Below, in pieces: positions 9,508 through 18,790 of a stretch of 38,831 nt of DNA. The position numbers were made by a program, and so were the translations under genes. Source of the stretch: Candidatus Peregrinibacteria bacterium (GTDB taxonomy: Bacteria; Patescibacteriota; Gracilibacteria; Peribacterales; Peribacteraceae); contig JABJGX010000090.1 in NCBI GenBank assembly GCA_018662075.1, positions 1-38,831 of the forward strand, given 5' to 3'. The notes beneath the pieces are model-generated. The model worked only from the letters and a program-made list of their open reading frames with translations, ran no database searches and was not told where the DNA came from. How positions within the stretch are numbered: position 1 is the first letter of the stretch; each line of letters starts with the position of its first letter.

Positions 9508-9822
9508 GTGACATCACTATCACAAGCAAAGGACATGTTTAAGCTACAAAAGCAGGCAAAGAAGATTAAAAAGGAGCTCAAGAACATCCACGTTGAAGCA
9601 GAGGCTGAAGGAGTGGAAGTAGTGGTAAATGCAGAGCAAGAGGTAATAAGCATTACCATTGGTGAAGAGGTTCCACGAGAGCGCATTGCAGCTCTTGTTA
9701 CAGATGCACTAAACCGAGCCATGAAGAAGGCACAGATTGTTGCTGCAGAGAAAATGCAGGCAGTAATGGGACAGATGGGAATGGGTGCTCCAGACGCTGG
9801 AATGAAAGGCCTTGGTCAATAA
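9508..9822 (+). CDS. ybaB: YbaB/EbfC family nucleoid-associated protein
   Basis: 104 aa; KKIKKELKNIHVEAE..GVEVVVNAEQEVISITI...LVTDALNRAMKKAQ. Confidence 0.88.
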   Translation: MTSLSQAKDMFKLQKQAKKIKKELKNIHVEAEAEGVEVVVNAEQEVISITIGEEVPRERIAALVTDALNRAMKKAQIVAAEKMQAVMGQMGMGAPDAGMKGLGQ

Positions 9823-9833
9823 ACTCTTACTTT

Positions 9834-10856
9834 ATGAAGAAAATATTTCTTTACATTATCGTTATCAGTGCAGGTTTTGCTTGTTGGTATATCTATGCTA
9901 CTGCAGCAATTGGGGGAGATGATGCAATGCGCAAGAAAGTAATCATCAAGCCCGGATGGTCTACAACACAGATAGCAAATCATCTACATGATGAAGGATT
10001 TATCCGTTCTGCTCTTGGCTTCAGGTTATATGTTCGATCTCAGAAACTGGATGGAACATTGCAAGCAGGTGTGTTCTTGCTACTGAAAACACAGTCAGTA
10101 TCAGATATTGTAGAAACATTTCGCACAGGAAAGGCGGAGGAAGTGATAGCAACTATTCCTGAAGGGTTTACGGTGCTCGATATAGACAACCTACTGTTCT
10201 CTATGGGGTTAATTGAAAAAGGAGAAGTAATCCGCTGCTCTCAGGAATGTGATTTCGAGACGTATGACTTCTTACCAGAAAATATCACAGGTCTTGCACA
10301 GCGAGGAGGAAGGCTTGAGGGGTATCTCTTCCCAGATACATATTATGTTCAGGAAGAAGGATTTGTTGCTAAATTCTTTCTAGAACGCATGCTCAATGCA
10401 TTTAGAAAAACTGTTCTAACGAAGAATGCAGAGGCCGTCGAGACATCAGGTAGAACGTTAGATGAGCTCATTACCATGGCCTCTCTTATAGAGGAGGAGA
10501 CACGAAAAGAAGAAGAGCGAACTATGGTCTCTGGCATCCTATGGAAGCGGTTCGATGATGGAAGGGGACTGGGTGTTGATGCAACAGTTCGCTACATTCT
10601 CAATAAACAGACAGAGGTTATTACGCATGGTGATCTCAATTCAAACTCTGCCTATAACACACGTAAGTTCAGAGGTCTTCCACCAGGTCCTATTGCAAAC
10701 CCAGGCCTTCCAAGTATTCTCGCTGCTGCAAAGCCCGAAACTAGCCCCTATTGGTACTATTTGCATGGGAATGATGGCCAGATCTATTACGCTAAAACCA
10801 ACGAAGAACACAATACAAACCGCTATTTCCACATAGGAAGTGGATCTAAGGAATAA
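9834..10856 (+). CDS. mltG: Endolytic transglycosylase MltG (YceG family)
   Basis: N-terminal TM; TIPEGF, LEGYLFPDTY, MASLIEEET, LGVDAT, YNTR..GLPPGPIANPG. Confidence 0.95.
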   Translation: MKKIFLYIIVISAGFACWYIYATAAIGGDDAMRKKVIIKPGWSTTQIANHLHDEGFIRSALGFRLYVRSQKLDGTLQAGVFLLLKTQSVSDIVETFRTGKAEEVIATIPEGFTVLDIDNLLFSMGLIEKGEVIRCSQECDFETYDFLPENITGLAQRGGRLEGYLFPDTYYVQEEGFVAKFFLERMLNAFRKTVLTKNAEAVETSGRTLDELITMASLIEEETRKEEERTMVSGILWKRFDDGRGLGVDATVRYILNKQTEVITHGDLNSNSAYNTRKFRGLPPGPIANPGLPSILAAAKPETSPYWYYLHGNDGQIYYAKTNEEHNTNRYFHIGSGSKE

Positions 10857-10876
10857 TCTGAAGCATTTGACATATA

Positions 10877-10905
10877 TTGATAAATGTTGCTTATTATGCT
10901 ATTAT
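10877..10905 (+). promoter_or_regulatory. Sigma70-type promoter for small ORF 10912
   Basis: TTGATA - 17 nt - TATTAT with TG extended -10; ATG 6 nt downstream. Confidence 0.6.
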
Positions 10906-10911
10906 ATATAC

Positions 10912-11055
10912 ATGAAAAACGTATTTGTAACGGCCATGCTATTCATGTTCATTTACGCAGCCTTCCGTCCACCGGAGGGAATGCGCAAATTTCCAGTAGC
11001 AAACCTGCAGTTTGAAGTGCAGACATCGAACATGAGCATGAGCATATCAAAATAA
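10912..11055 (+). CDS. Small (47 aa) hypothetical membrane/secreted peptide
   Basis: MKNVFVTAMLFMFIYAAF hydrophobic N-terminus; fills intergenic gap; near-consensus promoter directly upstream. Confidence 0.5.
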   Translation: MKNVFVTAMLFMFIYAAFRPPEGMRKFPVANLQFEVQTSNMSMSISK

Positions 11056-11102
11056 ATCTTAAGGTATACTAGAGATATTATTAACACATACACCACACTT
11101 AT

Positions 11103-11753
11103 ATGGTTGACGAACATGATCACAGATTAAAGATCGGAGTAATGGGTTCCGCATCTGGCCCCCAGCTTGAAAGCAAAGAAGCTGCAAGAATTGCAAAAGC
11201 ACTTGGTCATGAGATTGGTCGAAGAGACTACATCTTTATTAATGGTGCTTGTCCTGGCCTTCCAAACGATGCATTGATAGGAGCAAAGGAAGCAGGTGGC
11301 TTTACAGTAGGAATCTCTCCTGCATTCTCATTAACAGAACATATAACAGAGTACAGCTCTCCTCATGACCATGATTTTATTATCTATACAGGTCAGGGAT
11401 TCATGGAAAGAGATATTATTAACATCCGTTCTAGTGATGGAGTGGTAATTGTCGGGGGAGGAATAGGAACGTTAAACGAACTCACTATCGCATATGAAGA
11501 AGGTCGTCCTATTGGGATTCTTACCAATACTGGAGGAATTTCTAATCATGTTCCAGAGATCATCGAAAAGATGTGTCAGAGAATGGTCCCACCAAATATG
11601 GTGTTTGATGACGATCCAATAAAGCTTCTCGATAAGATCGCAATTGCTATCAGTGCATATCCACTACCAACACATGGAGACGGTCGTGTTGTCGACAAAC
11701 GTACATGTAATCGGGGGGAGTGGTGGTGTCAGGATCCAGGAAGAGCAGGTTAA
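11103..11753 (+). CDS. LOG/SLOG family protein (TIGR00725-like Rossmann fold)
   Basis: KIGVMGSA, INGACPG, GGFTVGISP, RDIINIRSSDGVVIVGGGIGTLNEL. Confidence 0.88.
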   Translation: MVDEHDHRLKIGVMGSASGPQLESKEAARIAKALGHEIGRRDYIFINGACPGLPNDALIGAKEAGGFTVGISPAFSLTEHITEYSSPHDHDFIIYTGQGFMERDIINIRSSDGVVIVGGGIGTLNELTIAYEEGRPIGILTNTGGISNHVPEIIEKMCQRMVPPNMVFDDDPIKLLDKIAIAISAYPLPTHGDGRVVDKRTCNRGEWWCQDPGRAG

Positions 11754-13087
11754 CCACCTTTTGGAATCCAGCGAATGGGAGTACCTTTGAAGTCGAATAC
11801 TTTACGGATACTGTTATCCAGATATCGGATCTGAGAGATCTTTATCTTGCTAGGATCTTTCACAAATACCACAAAGGTTGGTGGAATATCTTCTGCTTGA
11901 ATAATTAACTTAGACCTCGATAGCTGCCCCATAGGCTGACCATATACAGCCCTTTTGTACCAATCTATAAGGTCTTTTGTTGGAATGCGTCGTACACGGT
12001 TTCTCTGTACCAATTCGATAATATCAAAGATCTTCAGCAGTCCTTCTTTTGTTACGGCAGAGACCGGGATAATTGGCGCATGCTTACAGAACTGGAAGTG
12101 CTTTTTGATCTCTTCCATCATAAGTGCCTTTTGTTCTGCATCCACAGTATCAACTTTATTGAGCAAGATAATAAATCCCTTTCCTTCATCGTTGGCCATG
12201 CCAGCAATTCTTTTATCCTGTCTGCTCAGTGGCTCGCCTGCATCCATAACAAGCACTGCGATGTCACAGTCTTCAAGCTCTTTGACGCTACGGAAGTATG
12301 AATAGGTATCGATGTCAGTTGTTGTATCCTTTCGCCTACGAATACCTGCAGTGTCTGTAAAGATGTAGTCTTCTTCGTGGTATCGAATCATTGTGTCTGT
12401 TGCGTCACGCGTTGTTCCTGGAATGTCTGATACCAGTAGTGGAGACTTTTCTTTCTGGGTTTCGGACATGAAAGAATTAACCAAAGAACTCTTTCCAACG
12501 TTTGGCTTTCCAATGATCGCAATACGAGGAGGGCTATCTTCTGGTCGTTCTACTTTTTCAAAGCTGAGTCCTATGAGAGCCTTTTCGATTGCAGACTGCA
12601 GCTGCTCTATACCTATTCTATGTGTAGCACTGACAGGGATAATCTTGTCAGTAATACCTAGGTCGTAATACTGCGGAAGAATTTCATCGATAGACCCTGG
12701 ATCATCGCACTTTGTTGGAAGGAGAATGATTGGAACATGGCTCTTGCTGTGCTTACGTAAAATATCGACAATTTCAAAGTCGTTTGCAGTGAGGTCATCT
12801 TTACTATTAATAGTAAACAAGATGACATCTGCGTGCTCTAGCGCTAGTAGCGACTGTTGATGCACATCATCTTCGAGGTCTTTATCTTCTGTTCCTCCTC
12901 CCATTCCTCCAGTGTCTACCAGTAGGTAGTCGAGGCTTGTTCCAGTGACATGACCTGCCACCTGGTCACGGGTCGTACCAGGGGTATCGGATACTATTGC
13001 TTTTCGTCTTCCAATAATCTTATTGAAAAGTGTAGATTTGCCAGTGTTGGGACGCCCAACGATTGCGACAGTAGGGATTTTGGCCAT
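11750..13087 (-). CDS. der: Ribosome biogenesis GTPase Der (EngA)
   Basis: Two GTPase domains (GRPNTGKST/DTGG; GKPNVGKSS/DTAGIRR/NKVD), PGTTRD twice, KH-like C-terminus FDFKGTPI; start likely ATG 13087. Confidence 0.97.
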   Translation of the reverse strand: MAKIPTVAIVGRPNTGKSTLFNKIIGRRKAIVSDTPGTTRDQVAGHVTGTSLDYLLVDTGGMGGGTEDKDLEDDVHQQSLLALEHADVILFTINSKDDLTANDFEIVDILRKHSKSHVPIILLPTKCDDPGSIDEILPQYYDLGITDKIIPVSATHRIGIEQLQSAIEKALIGLSFEKVERPEDSPPRIAIIGKPNVGKSSLVNSFMSETQKEKSPLLVSDIPGTTRDATDTMIRYHEEDYIFTDTAGIRRRKDTTTDIDTYSYFRSVKELEDCDIAVLVMDAGEPLSRQDKRIAGMANDEGKGFIILLNKVDTVDAEQKALMMEEIKKHFQFCKHAPIIPVSAVTKEGLLKIFDIIELVQRNRVRRIPTKDLIDWYKRAVYGQPMGQLSRSKLIIQAEDIPPTFVVFVKDPSKIKISQIRYLDNSIRKVFDFKGTPIRWIPKGG

Positions 13088-13152
13088 AAGAGAGCTGAAG
13101 AGTACCTGAAATTTGGACATTATCCCATTAAAAACGTAGAATCGGGCCACTT

Positions 13153-15558
13153 ATGTATGAACCAAGTTCAGTCGAAGGCAAGTGGCAAAAGAAGTGGGAA
13201 GAGGCTAAAACCTATGAAATAGACCTCAAAAACGCAAAAGACCCGTTTTATAGCATGGTTATGTTCCCCTATCCAAGTGGGGACAAGCTCCACGTTGGGC
13301 ACTGGTATAACTTCGCTCCAGCAGACAGTTTCGCAAGATATATGAGGATGAAAGGCCACGATGTCTTCACTCCTATGGGGTTTGATGCCTTTGGTTTGCC
13401 TGCAGAGAACTATGCAATTAAGACAGGCGTTCATCCAGACGACTCTATTACAACCAATGTCGAGACCATGATTACGCAGCTAAAGCGTATTGGAACCATG
13501 TACGACTGGAGCAAAATGGTGAATACATCAAAGCCAGACTACTACCAGTGGACGCAGTGGCTATTCCTACAAATGTTCAAAAACGATCTTGCATTCAAGA
13601 AAGAAGCGAGCGTGAATTGGTGTGAAAGTTGTCAGACTGTTCTTGCAAACGAGCAGGCACAAGATGGAACATGCGAGCGATGCGATACAGAGGTTATTCA
13701 AAAGCCAATGACACAGTGGTACTGGAAGATCTCTGATTACAGTCAGCGTCTTCTTGATGGGCATGACAATCTAGACTGGCCAGAAAAAACAATCTCTATG
13801 CAGAAGAACTGGATTGGAAAAAGCGAAGGGTGTGATGTTACGTGGAAAGTAGAGGGCAGTGACTTGTCACTCGATACATTTACCACAACAGTTGATACAA
13901 TTTATGGAGTTACTTTCGCAGTTATTTCCCCAGAGCATCCAGAGTTAGAAAATATCGTAACAGCAGAACACAAAGATGCAGTCGCAGCATATCAAAATAA
14001 AGCAATTAAGAAGACAGACATCGACCGAATGGCCGAAGGAAAAAAGAAAACAGGAGTCGACACAGGAGCTTTCCTTATCCATCCATTCACAGGAGAAAAG
14101 GTTCCACTGTGGGTAGCAGACTATGTCTTAATGAATTACGGAACAGGAGTTGTCATGGGAGTACCCGCACATGACCAAAGAGACTTAGACTTCGCAACAA
14201 GTTATGGATTTAGTATTGTACAAAGTATTCAGTCTGATACAGGTGAAACTTTTGTCTATGACGATGTCGATAAGTACAACGTCAAAGGTGAAATAGTAGA
14301 GTCAGGAGACTTTACAGGGATGAGCATTCTTGATGGTCGTAAAAAGATTACAGAGGCGCTAGAAGCTAAGCAGTTGGGAACAGCAAAAGTACAATTTAAG
14401 CTCCGCGACTGGAGCATCTCTCGTCAACGGTACTGGGGCGCACCAATTCCAATTGTCTATGACCCAGAAGGAAACGCACATGCAATCCCTGAAGAGCATT
14501 TGCCGTGGGAACTTCCTCGCGATGTCGAGTTCAAACCAACGGGAACATCTCCACTTGCACAGAGTAAAGAACTAAAAGAACGTACGGAGAAGATCTTCGG
14601 AGCTGGCTGGACACCAGAGGTGGACACCATGGATACCTTTGTCTGTAGTAGCTTCTACCAGTTCAGGTACTTGGCAGAAGGGTCAGACACAGAGTTTGTT
14701 CCGAAAGATATTGCAAAGAAGTGGATGCCTGCTGACATGTACATTGGTGGACCAGAACATGCATGTATGCACCTTATCTACAGCCGCTTTGTGACGATGG
14801 CTCTTAAAGACTTTGGCTTTATAGATACCGAAGAACCATTCAAGAGACTCGTGCACCAAGGTCTTATTACCAATGGTGGAGCAAAGATGAGTAAGAGCAA
14901 AGGAAACGTCGTCAGCCCAGATGCATTTATCGAAAAGTACGGGAGTGATACCTTCCGCATGTACCTAATGTTCATGGGACCCTTTACGGACGGAGGAGAC
15001 TGGAACGATACGGGAATTAACGGAACAGACAGGTTTGTGAAGCGTCTATGGAGACTATTTGATGAATTCAAGTTCAGCCCTAATGGTAGCGAAGAAAAGG
15101 AAGTTACAAGCAAGCTTCATGCCACCATTAAAAAGGTAACAAATGACATGGAGAGGCTACAGTTTAACACCTCTATTTCAGCCCTTATGGAACTCCTTAA
15201 TCTTCTAGAGAAGGCAGAGAAGATAGATGAAGACACAGCGAAAACTATGATAAAACTCTTGGCTCCACTTGCTCCACATTTAGCAGAAGAGGTCTGGGAA
15301 AAGCTTTCAGGAGATGGTTTTGTCATCGACCAAGATTGGCCAACATATGACGAGGCATTACTTGTGTCAGATACACTTACTATTGCTGTTCAGGTAAATG
15401 GAAAACTCCGCGGAACTATTTCTGTTGATGCCACTGCTTCAAAAGAAGATATCATAAGCCAAGCAAAAGCAGATCCTAATGTCTCAAAGTTCACAGATGG
15501 TGCAGATATCAAAAAAGAAATCTATGTACCAGGGAAGTTAGTAAGTTTGGTTATTTAA
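13153..15558 (+). CDS. leuS: Leucine--tRNA ligase
   Basis: MFPYPSG.LHVGH, DAFGLPAENYAI, GVPAHDQRD, DWSISRQRYWG, GGPEHACMHL, KMSKSKGN, AVQVNGKLR. Confidence 0.98.
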   Translation: MYEPSSVEGKWQKKWEEAKTYEIDLKNAKDPFYSMVMFPYPSGDKLHVGHWYNFAPADSFARYMRMKGHDVFTPMGFDAFGLPAENYAIKTGVHPDDSITTNVETMITQLKRIGTMYDWSKMVNTSKPDYYQWTQWLFLQMFKNDLAFKKEASVNWCESCQTVLANEQAQDGTCERCDTEVIQKPMTQWYWKISDYSQRLLDGHDNLDWPEKTISMQKNWIGKSEGCDVTWKVEGSDLSLDTFTTTVDTIYGVTFAVISPEHPELENIVTAEHKDAVAAYQNKAIKKTDIDRMAEGKKKTGVDTGAFLIHPFTGEKVPLWVADYVLMNYGTGVVMGVPAHDQRDLDFATSYGFSIVQSIQSDTGETFVYDDVDKYNVKGEIVESGDFTGMSILDGRKKITEALEAKQLGTAKVQFKLRDWSISRQRYWGAPIPIVYDPEGNAHAIPEEHLPWELPRDVEFKPTGTSPLAQSKELKERTEKIFGAGWTPEVDTMDTFVCSSFYQFRYLAEGSDTEFVPKDIAKKWMPADMYIGGPEHACMHLIYSRFVTMALKDFGFIDTEEPFKRLVHQGLITNGGAKMSKSKGNVVSPDAFIEKYGSDTFRMYLMFMGPFTDGGDWNDTGINGTDRFVKRLWRLFDEFKFSPNGSEEKEVTSKLHATIKKVTNDMERLQFNTSISALMELLNLLEKAEKIDEDTAKTMIKLLAPLAPHLAEEVWEKLSGDGFVIDQDWPTYDEALLVSDTLTIAVQVNGKLRGTISVDATASKEDIISQAKADPNVSKFTDGADIKKEIYVPGKLVSLVI

Positions 15559-16178
15559 AAGGTAATAGAGGCTCTTAGATTTTTTTTATCAAGAGGTCTA
15601 GTTCCGCTGTGCTGAATACCAGCTGTATTAACAAGCTCTGATAGTGACTCTGGTGAAAAACGGGAATGGGTTCTGTAAAACTCTTCCTCACCTAATTTTT
15701 GACGCCACCTCTTCTCAGTATCAGCCACAAGAAGGTTTTGGACATCCATTTTCGACCTTCCGTCAAGGGTATAATCAATAATTATAAATGATGCTGAACT
15801 ATGTTTTTCCTTCAGCCTCTCAAGAGTTTCCCTTGCCTCACGCGGCTCCATTAGACATAGGACATAAGAGATATTCACAATATCAAACTGATCTCTGTTC
15901 GGACCAAAAACTTGTTCTGTATTTACAACTGAAACATTATTATAGTTAGATGGATTAATATTTGCACCTGGATCAAAGAGAGACAACTTATTTCGAGTTC
16001 CCATAATTTGGCACTCTATAAAGGCGCGACCGGCTCCTGTAGGGCCACATCCAAAGTCGAGAATATTAGCCTCACCATTCGTATCAATTTTCTTTTTGTA
16101 AATATCTTGCTGATTCATTGCTGCCTCCATATGACAGGCTACGTCGTGAAATAGTGTTGATGCAATCATTACAGTCAT
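15555..16178 (-). CDS. Class I SAM-dependent methyltransferase-like protein
   Basis: ILDFGCG motif I, FDIVNISYVLC, FIIIDY; substrate unknown. Confidence 0.7.
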   Translation of the reverse strand: MTVMIASTLFHDVACHMEAAMNQQDIYKKKIDTNGEANILDFGCGPTGAGRAFIECQIMGTRNKLSLFDPGANINPSNYNNVSVVNTEQVFGPNRDQFDIVNISYVLCLMEPREARETLERLKEKHSSASFIIIDYTLDGRSKMDVQNLLVADTEKRWRQKLGEEEFYRTHSRFSPESLSELVNTAGIQHSGTRPLDKKNLRASITF

Positions 16179-16286
16179 AGTAGTATATATAATAGTTAGT
16201 AGTCAATACGTGGCTTAACATAGCAAAAAACGACAATTATAGCCAAATTCAGATTGAAAAGTGGTCAATGCTGGTACACTATCGCC

Positions 16287-17720
16287 GTGCATCATCCTTT
16301 CGATAGATATTCGGCATATACAGATGTTGCAGCGCTCAAGGAGTTTAGCGGCAGACCTCTTCGTAAATGTATGAGGGTGAATACTTCAAAGCTTTCTATT
16401 GCAGATTTTGAGAAGCATGCCAAAGAGCAAAAATGGAACCTTCAACCAGTGCCATGGTGCAAGGAAGGGTTCTTTGTAGACCGCAAGGACAGAAGCGTTC
16501 CACTCGGGAAAGACTTATTGCATGTGCTTGGTTATACCTACATGCAAGAGGCAAGTAGTATGCTTCCGGTTGCCATGCTTGACCCGCGTCCAGGGGAAAA
16601 GATTTTAGACATGGCTGCAGCCCCTGGAAGTAAGTCCACACAAATAGTAGCCAGGCTACGGGGTAAAGGTTTTGTCGTGTGTAACGACATGCAAGAGATG
16701 AGACTAAAAACTTTGCGTGAAGCACTAAGAAGGCTCAGCTGTATTACAGCGCTTGTAACAAAGAGAAAAGGACAGTGGTTTGGAAAGCACATGGTTGGTC
16801 GGTTCGACAAAGTATTAATCGACGCTCCGTGTACAGGGCAGGGGACAGTGCGAAAGGATAAGTCAGCGCTTCAGTATTGCAGCCTCGATTCTATTGGAAA
16901 AAATGCAAAGCTACAGCGAGAGCTTATAGAGTCTGCTGTCCATGCAACGAAGATCGGCGGACGCATTGTGTACTCGACATGCACGCTAACGCCAGAGGAG
17001 AACGAAGAAGTTGTACTGTCTATTTTGAGAAAGTATCCAGAGCAACTAGAAGCAGTAGACCCACGAACCATTCCGCTTGAAGGCAGAGAGTGGAACATGG
17101 ATAAAGCAATTGAAGATTCTATGCTCATGCAAAAAGATCTTTCGGACTACACCTCAGACCAACCTATGCTTCGTATATGGCCACAGACATATGATAGTGA
17201 AGGATTCTTCTGTGCAGTACTGAAAAAGATTGGACCAACTGCAGAGCCGTTGATGACAGACTTGGTAAAACCACGGGAAGAGATTATTCCTCGTTCTCGC
17301 GAAAAGCAGATTTCAAATTACCTGGTAGATCATTTTGGTATGGATCCTATTGGTGAGGATGAAATGCTTGTTGAGCATGACGGTCGATACTTACTGACAT
17401 CGAAAGCTATTTTTAATTTCAAGTTGCCAACACCAAATGTTGGACTCGGTCTTCCATTTGGAAAAAAGATTGCAAGTGACCCAGTGCTTTTGGACCACGA
17501 CTTCCTAACCCTCAGAGGATCATCTGCCACAAAGCACATCATAGAACTCACAGATGAGGAGTGGAAAGAGGTGATATCAGGAAAGGACATTGCCTGTAGC
17601 GAGGAGCTCTTTGGGCACATAGCATTTAAGTACAATGGTATATGTGTAGGGCGAGGACGTGCAAAGAACGGAAAGTGCAAGAACCAGCTGCCACGGTGGA
17701 TGATTACAATTAGTAATTAG
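16287..17720 (+). CDS. RsmF/NOL1/NOP2/Sun family rRNA m5C methyltransferase
   Basis: YMQEASSMLP, ILDMAAAPGSKST, DAPCTGQG, YSTCTLTPEENE, C-terminal PUA-like domain; start likely GTG 16287, 6 nt after TGGTACACT. Confidence 0.93.
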   Translation: MHHPFDRYSAYTDVAALKEFSGRPLRKCMRVNTSKLSIADFEKHAKEQKWNLQPVPWCKEGFFVDRKDRSVPLGKDLLHVLGYTYMQEASSMLPVAMLDPRPGEKILDMAAAPGSKSTQIVARLRGKGFVVCNDMQEMRLKTLREALRRLSCITALVTKRKGQWFGKHMVGRFDKVLIDAPCTGQGTVRKDKSALQYCSLDSIGKNAKLQRELIESAVHATKIGGRIVYSTCTLTPEENEEVVLSILRKYPEQLEAVDPRTIPLEGREWNMDKAIEDSMLMQKDLSDYTSDQPMLRIWPQTYDSEGFFCAVLKKIGPTAEPLMTDLVKPREEIIPRSREKQISNYLVDHFGMDPIGEDEMLVEHDGRYLLTSKAIFNFKLPTPNVGLGLPFGKKIASDPVLLDHDFLTLRGSSATKHIIELTDEEWKEVISGKDIACSEELFGHIAFKYNGICVGRGRAKNGKCKNQLPRWMITISN

Positions 17721-17768
17721 ACTTTTTGTTTACTGGACGGGCTAAAGTCGAATTGCTACTATTGAAAT

Positions 17769-18770
17769 ATGGATAATCCTGGATTTGAAAAAATCATTGA
17801 CTGTTCAGGGGATATTTCATGTTTTCGCACGCTTAATAATAGCGAGCATCAATTCTCTAAAATACAAGAGCGTACTATGATAGAGAGTAGGCAGATAGCT
17901 CACAACGTAGTGGATATATCACAGTTAACTCGATTGGCCATTGGCAAGATGCATGTTGAGCTAGGTAAACCGAAAGATGGTTATAGCGGACTTGTGCTAT
18001 CAAGCTCAAATACAGAAGAGCACGCTGGTGGGCTAGATAAGGTAGCAGAGGGAATTGCTAATCTTTATGGAATCCCAAAGTTTGAAAGTCTAAATTATGC
18101 ATGTAGTGGATTTCCTGCTGCTGTAGAGGCGGCAATTGCAATGGGAAAAGAAGATCCAGATATGAAAAGAATATTAGTAGTAACAGCTGAAAAATTAAGC
18201 GAGATTGTAGATTATAGTGATGAGAATACGTCAGTACTTTTTGGAGACGGTGTTGCAATATCTAGTATTGTGCCAAATGGTAAACATCAAATAATTGATG
18301 CTTGGGCTCGTGGAAATATTGATGATCCTAAGAAATGTCTAAGGAAAGAATCAAAAGTGGGCACTAAAATGGCAGACGGTTCAATTAATGAAAATGATAG
18401 AGATGTTATTGTTATGGATGGTGGAAGAACGTTATACAAAACAGTGCCTCAGTCATTATTAGACATAGCATGCCATACAAAAGTTGGCCCAGAGGGTATA
18501 GATTATATTGTTCCTCACCAGGCAAATGGTAAATTTATTAGTTACATGGAAAGGTTATTACAAAAGCAGTATCCAAATATAGATATAGAAATCATTGGAA
18601 CAATTGCACATCATGCTAATAGTGCATCTGCATCAATCCCAAGAGCACTGGCTTCTTCCATAGATCGTTTTGAATCAGGCAAAGTGGTTGCGTGCCCTGC
18701 AAAGGGTGCTGGAATTAATTACGAAGAAGGTAAGTTAACAGAGGGGTTGGTGTTATTCAAAGTTGGATAG
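17769..18770 (+). CDS. 3-oxoacyl-ACP synthase III (FabH)-like condensing enzyme, divergent
   Basis: YACSGF, AEKLS..DYSDENTSVLFGDG, VPHQAN, HANSASASIP: Cys-His-Asn triad present. Confidence 0.85.
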   Translation: MDNPGFEKIIDCSGDISCFRTLNNSEHQFSKIQERTMIESRQIAHNVVDISQLTRLAIGKMHVELGKPKDGYSGLVLSSSNTEEHAGGLDKVAEGIANLYGIPKFESLNYACSGFPAAVEAAIAMGKEDPDMKRILVVTAEKLSEIVDYSDENTSVLFGDGVAISSIVPNGKHQIIDAWARGNIDDPKKCLRKESKVGTKMADGSINENDRDVIVMDGGRTLYKTVPQSLLDIACHTKVGPEGIDYIVPHQANGKFISYMERLLQKQYPNIDIEIIGTIAHHANSASASIPRALASSIDRFESGKVVACPAKGAGINYEEGKLTEGLVLFKVG

Positions 18771-18790
18771 GTATATACTACCCATCCTCT

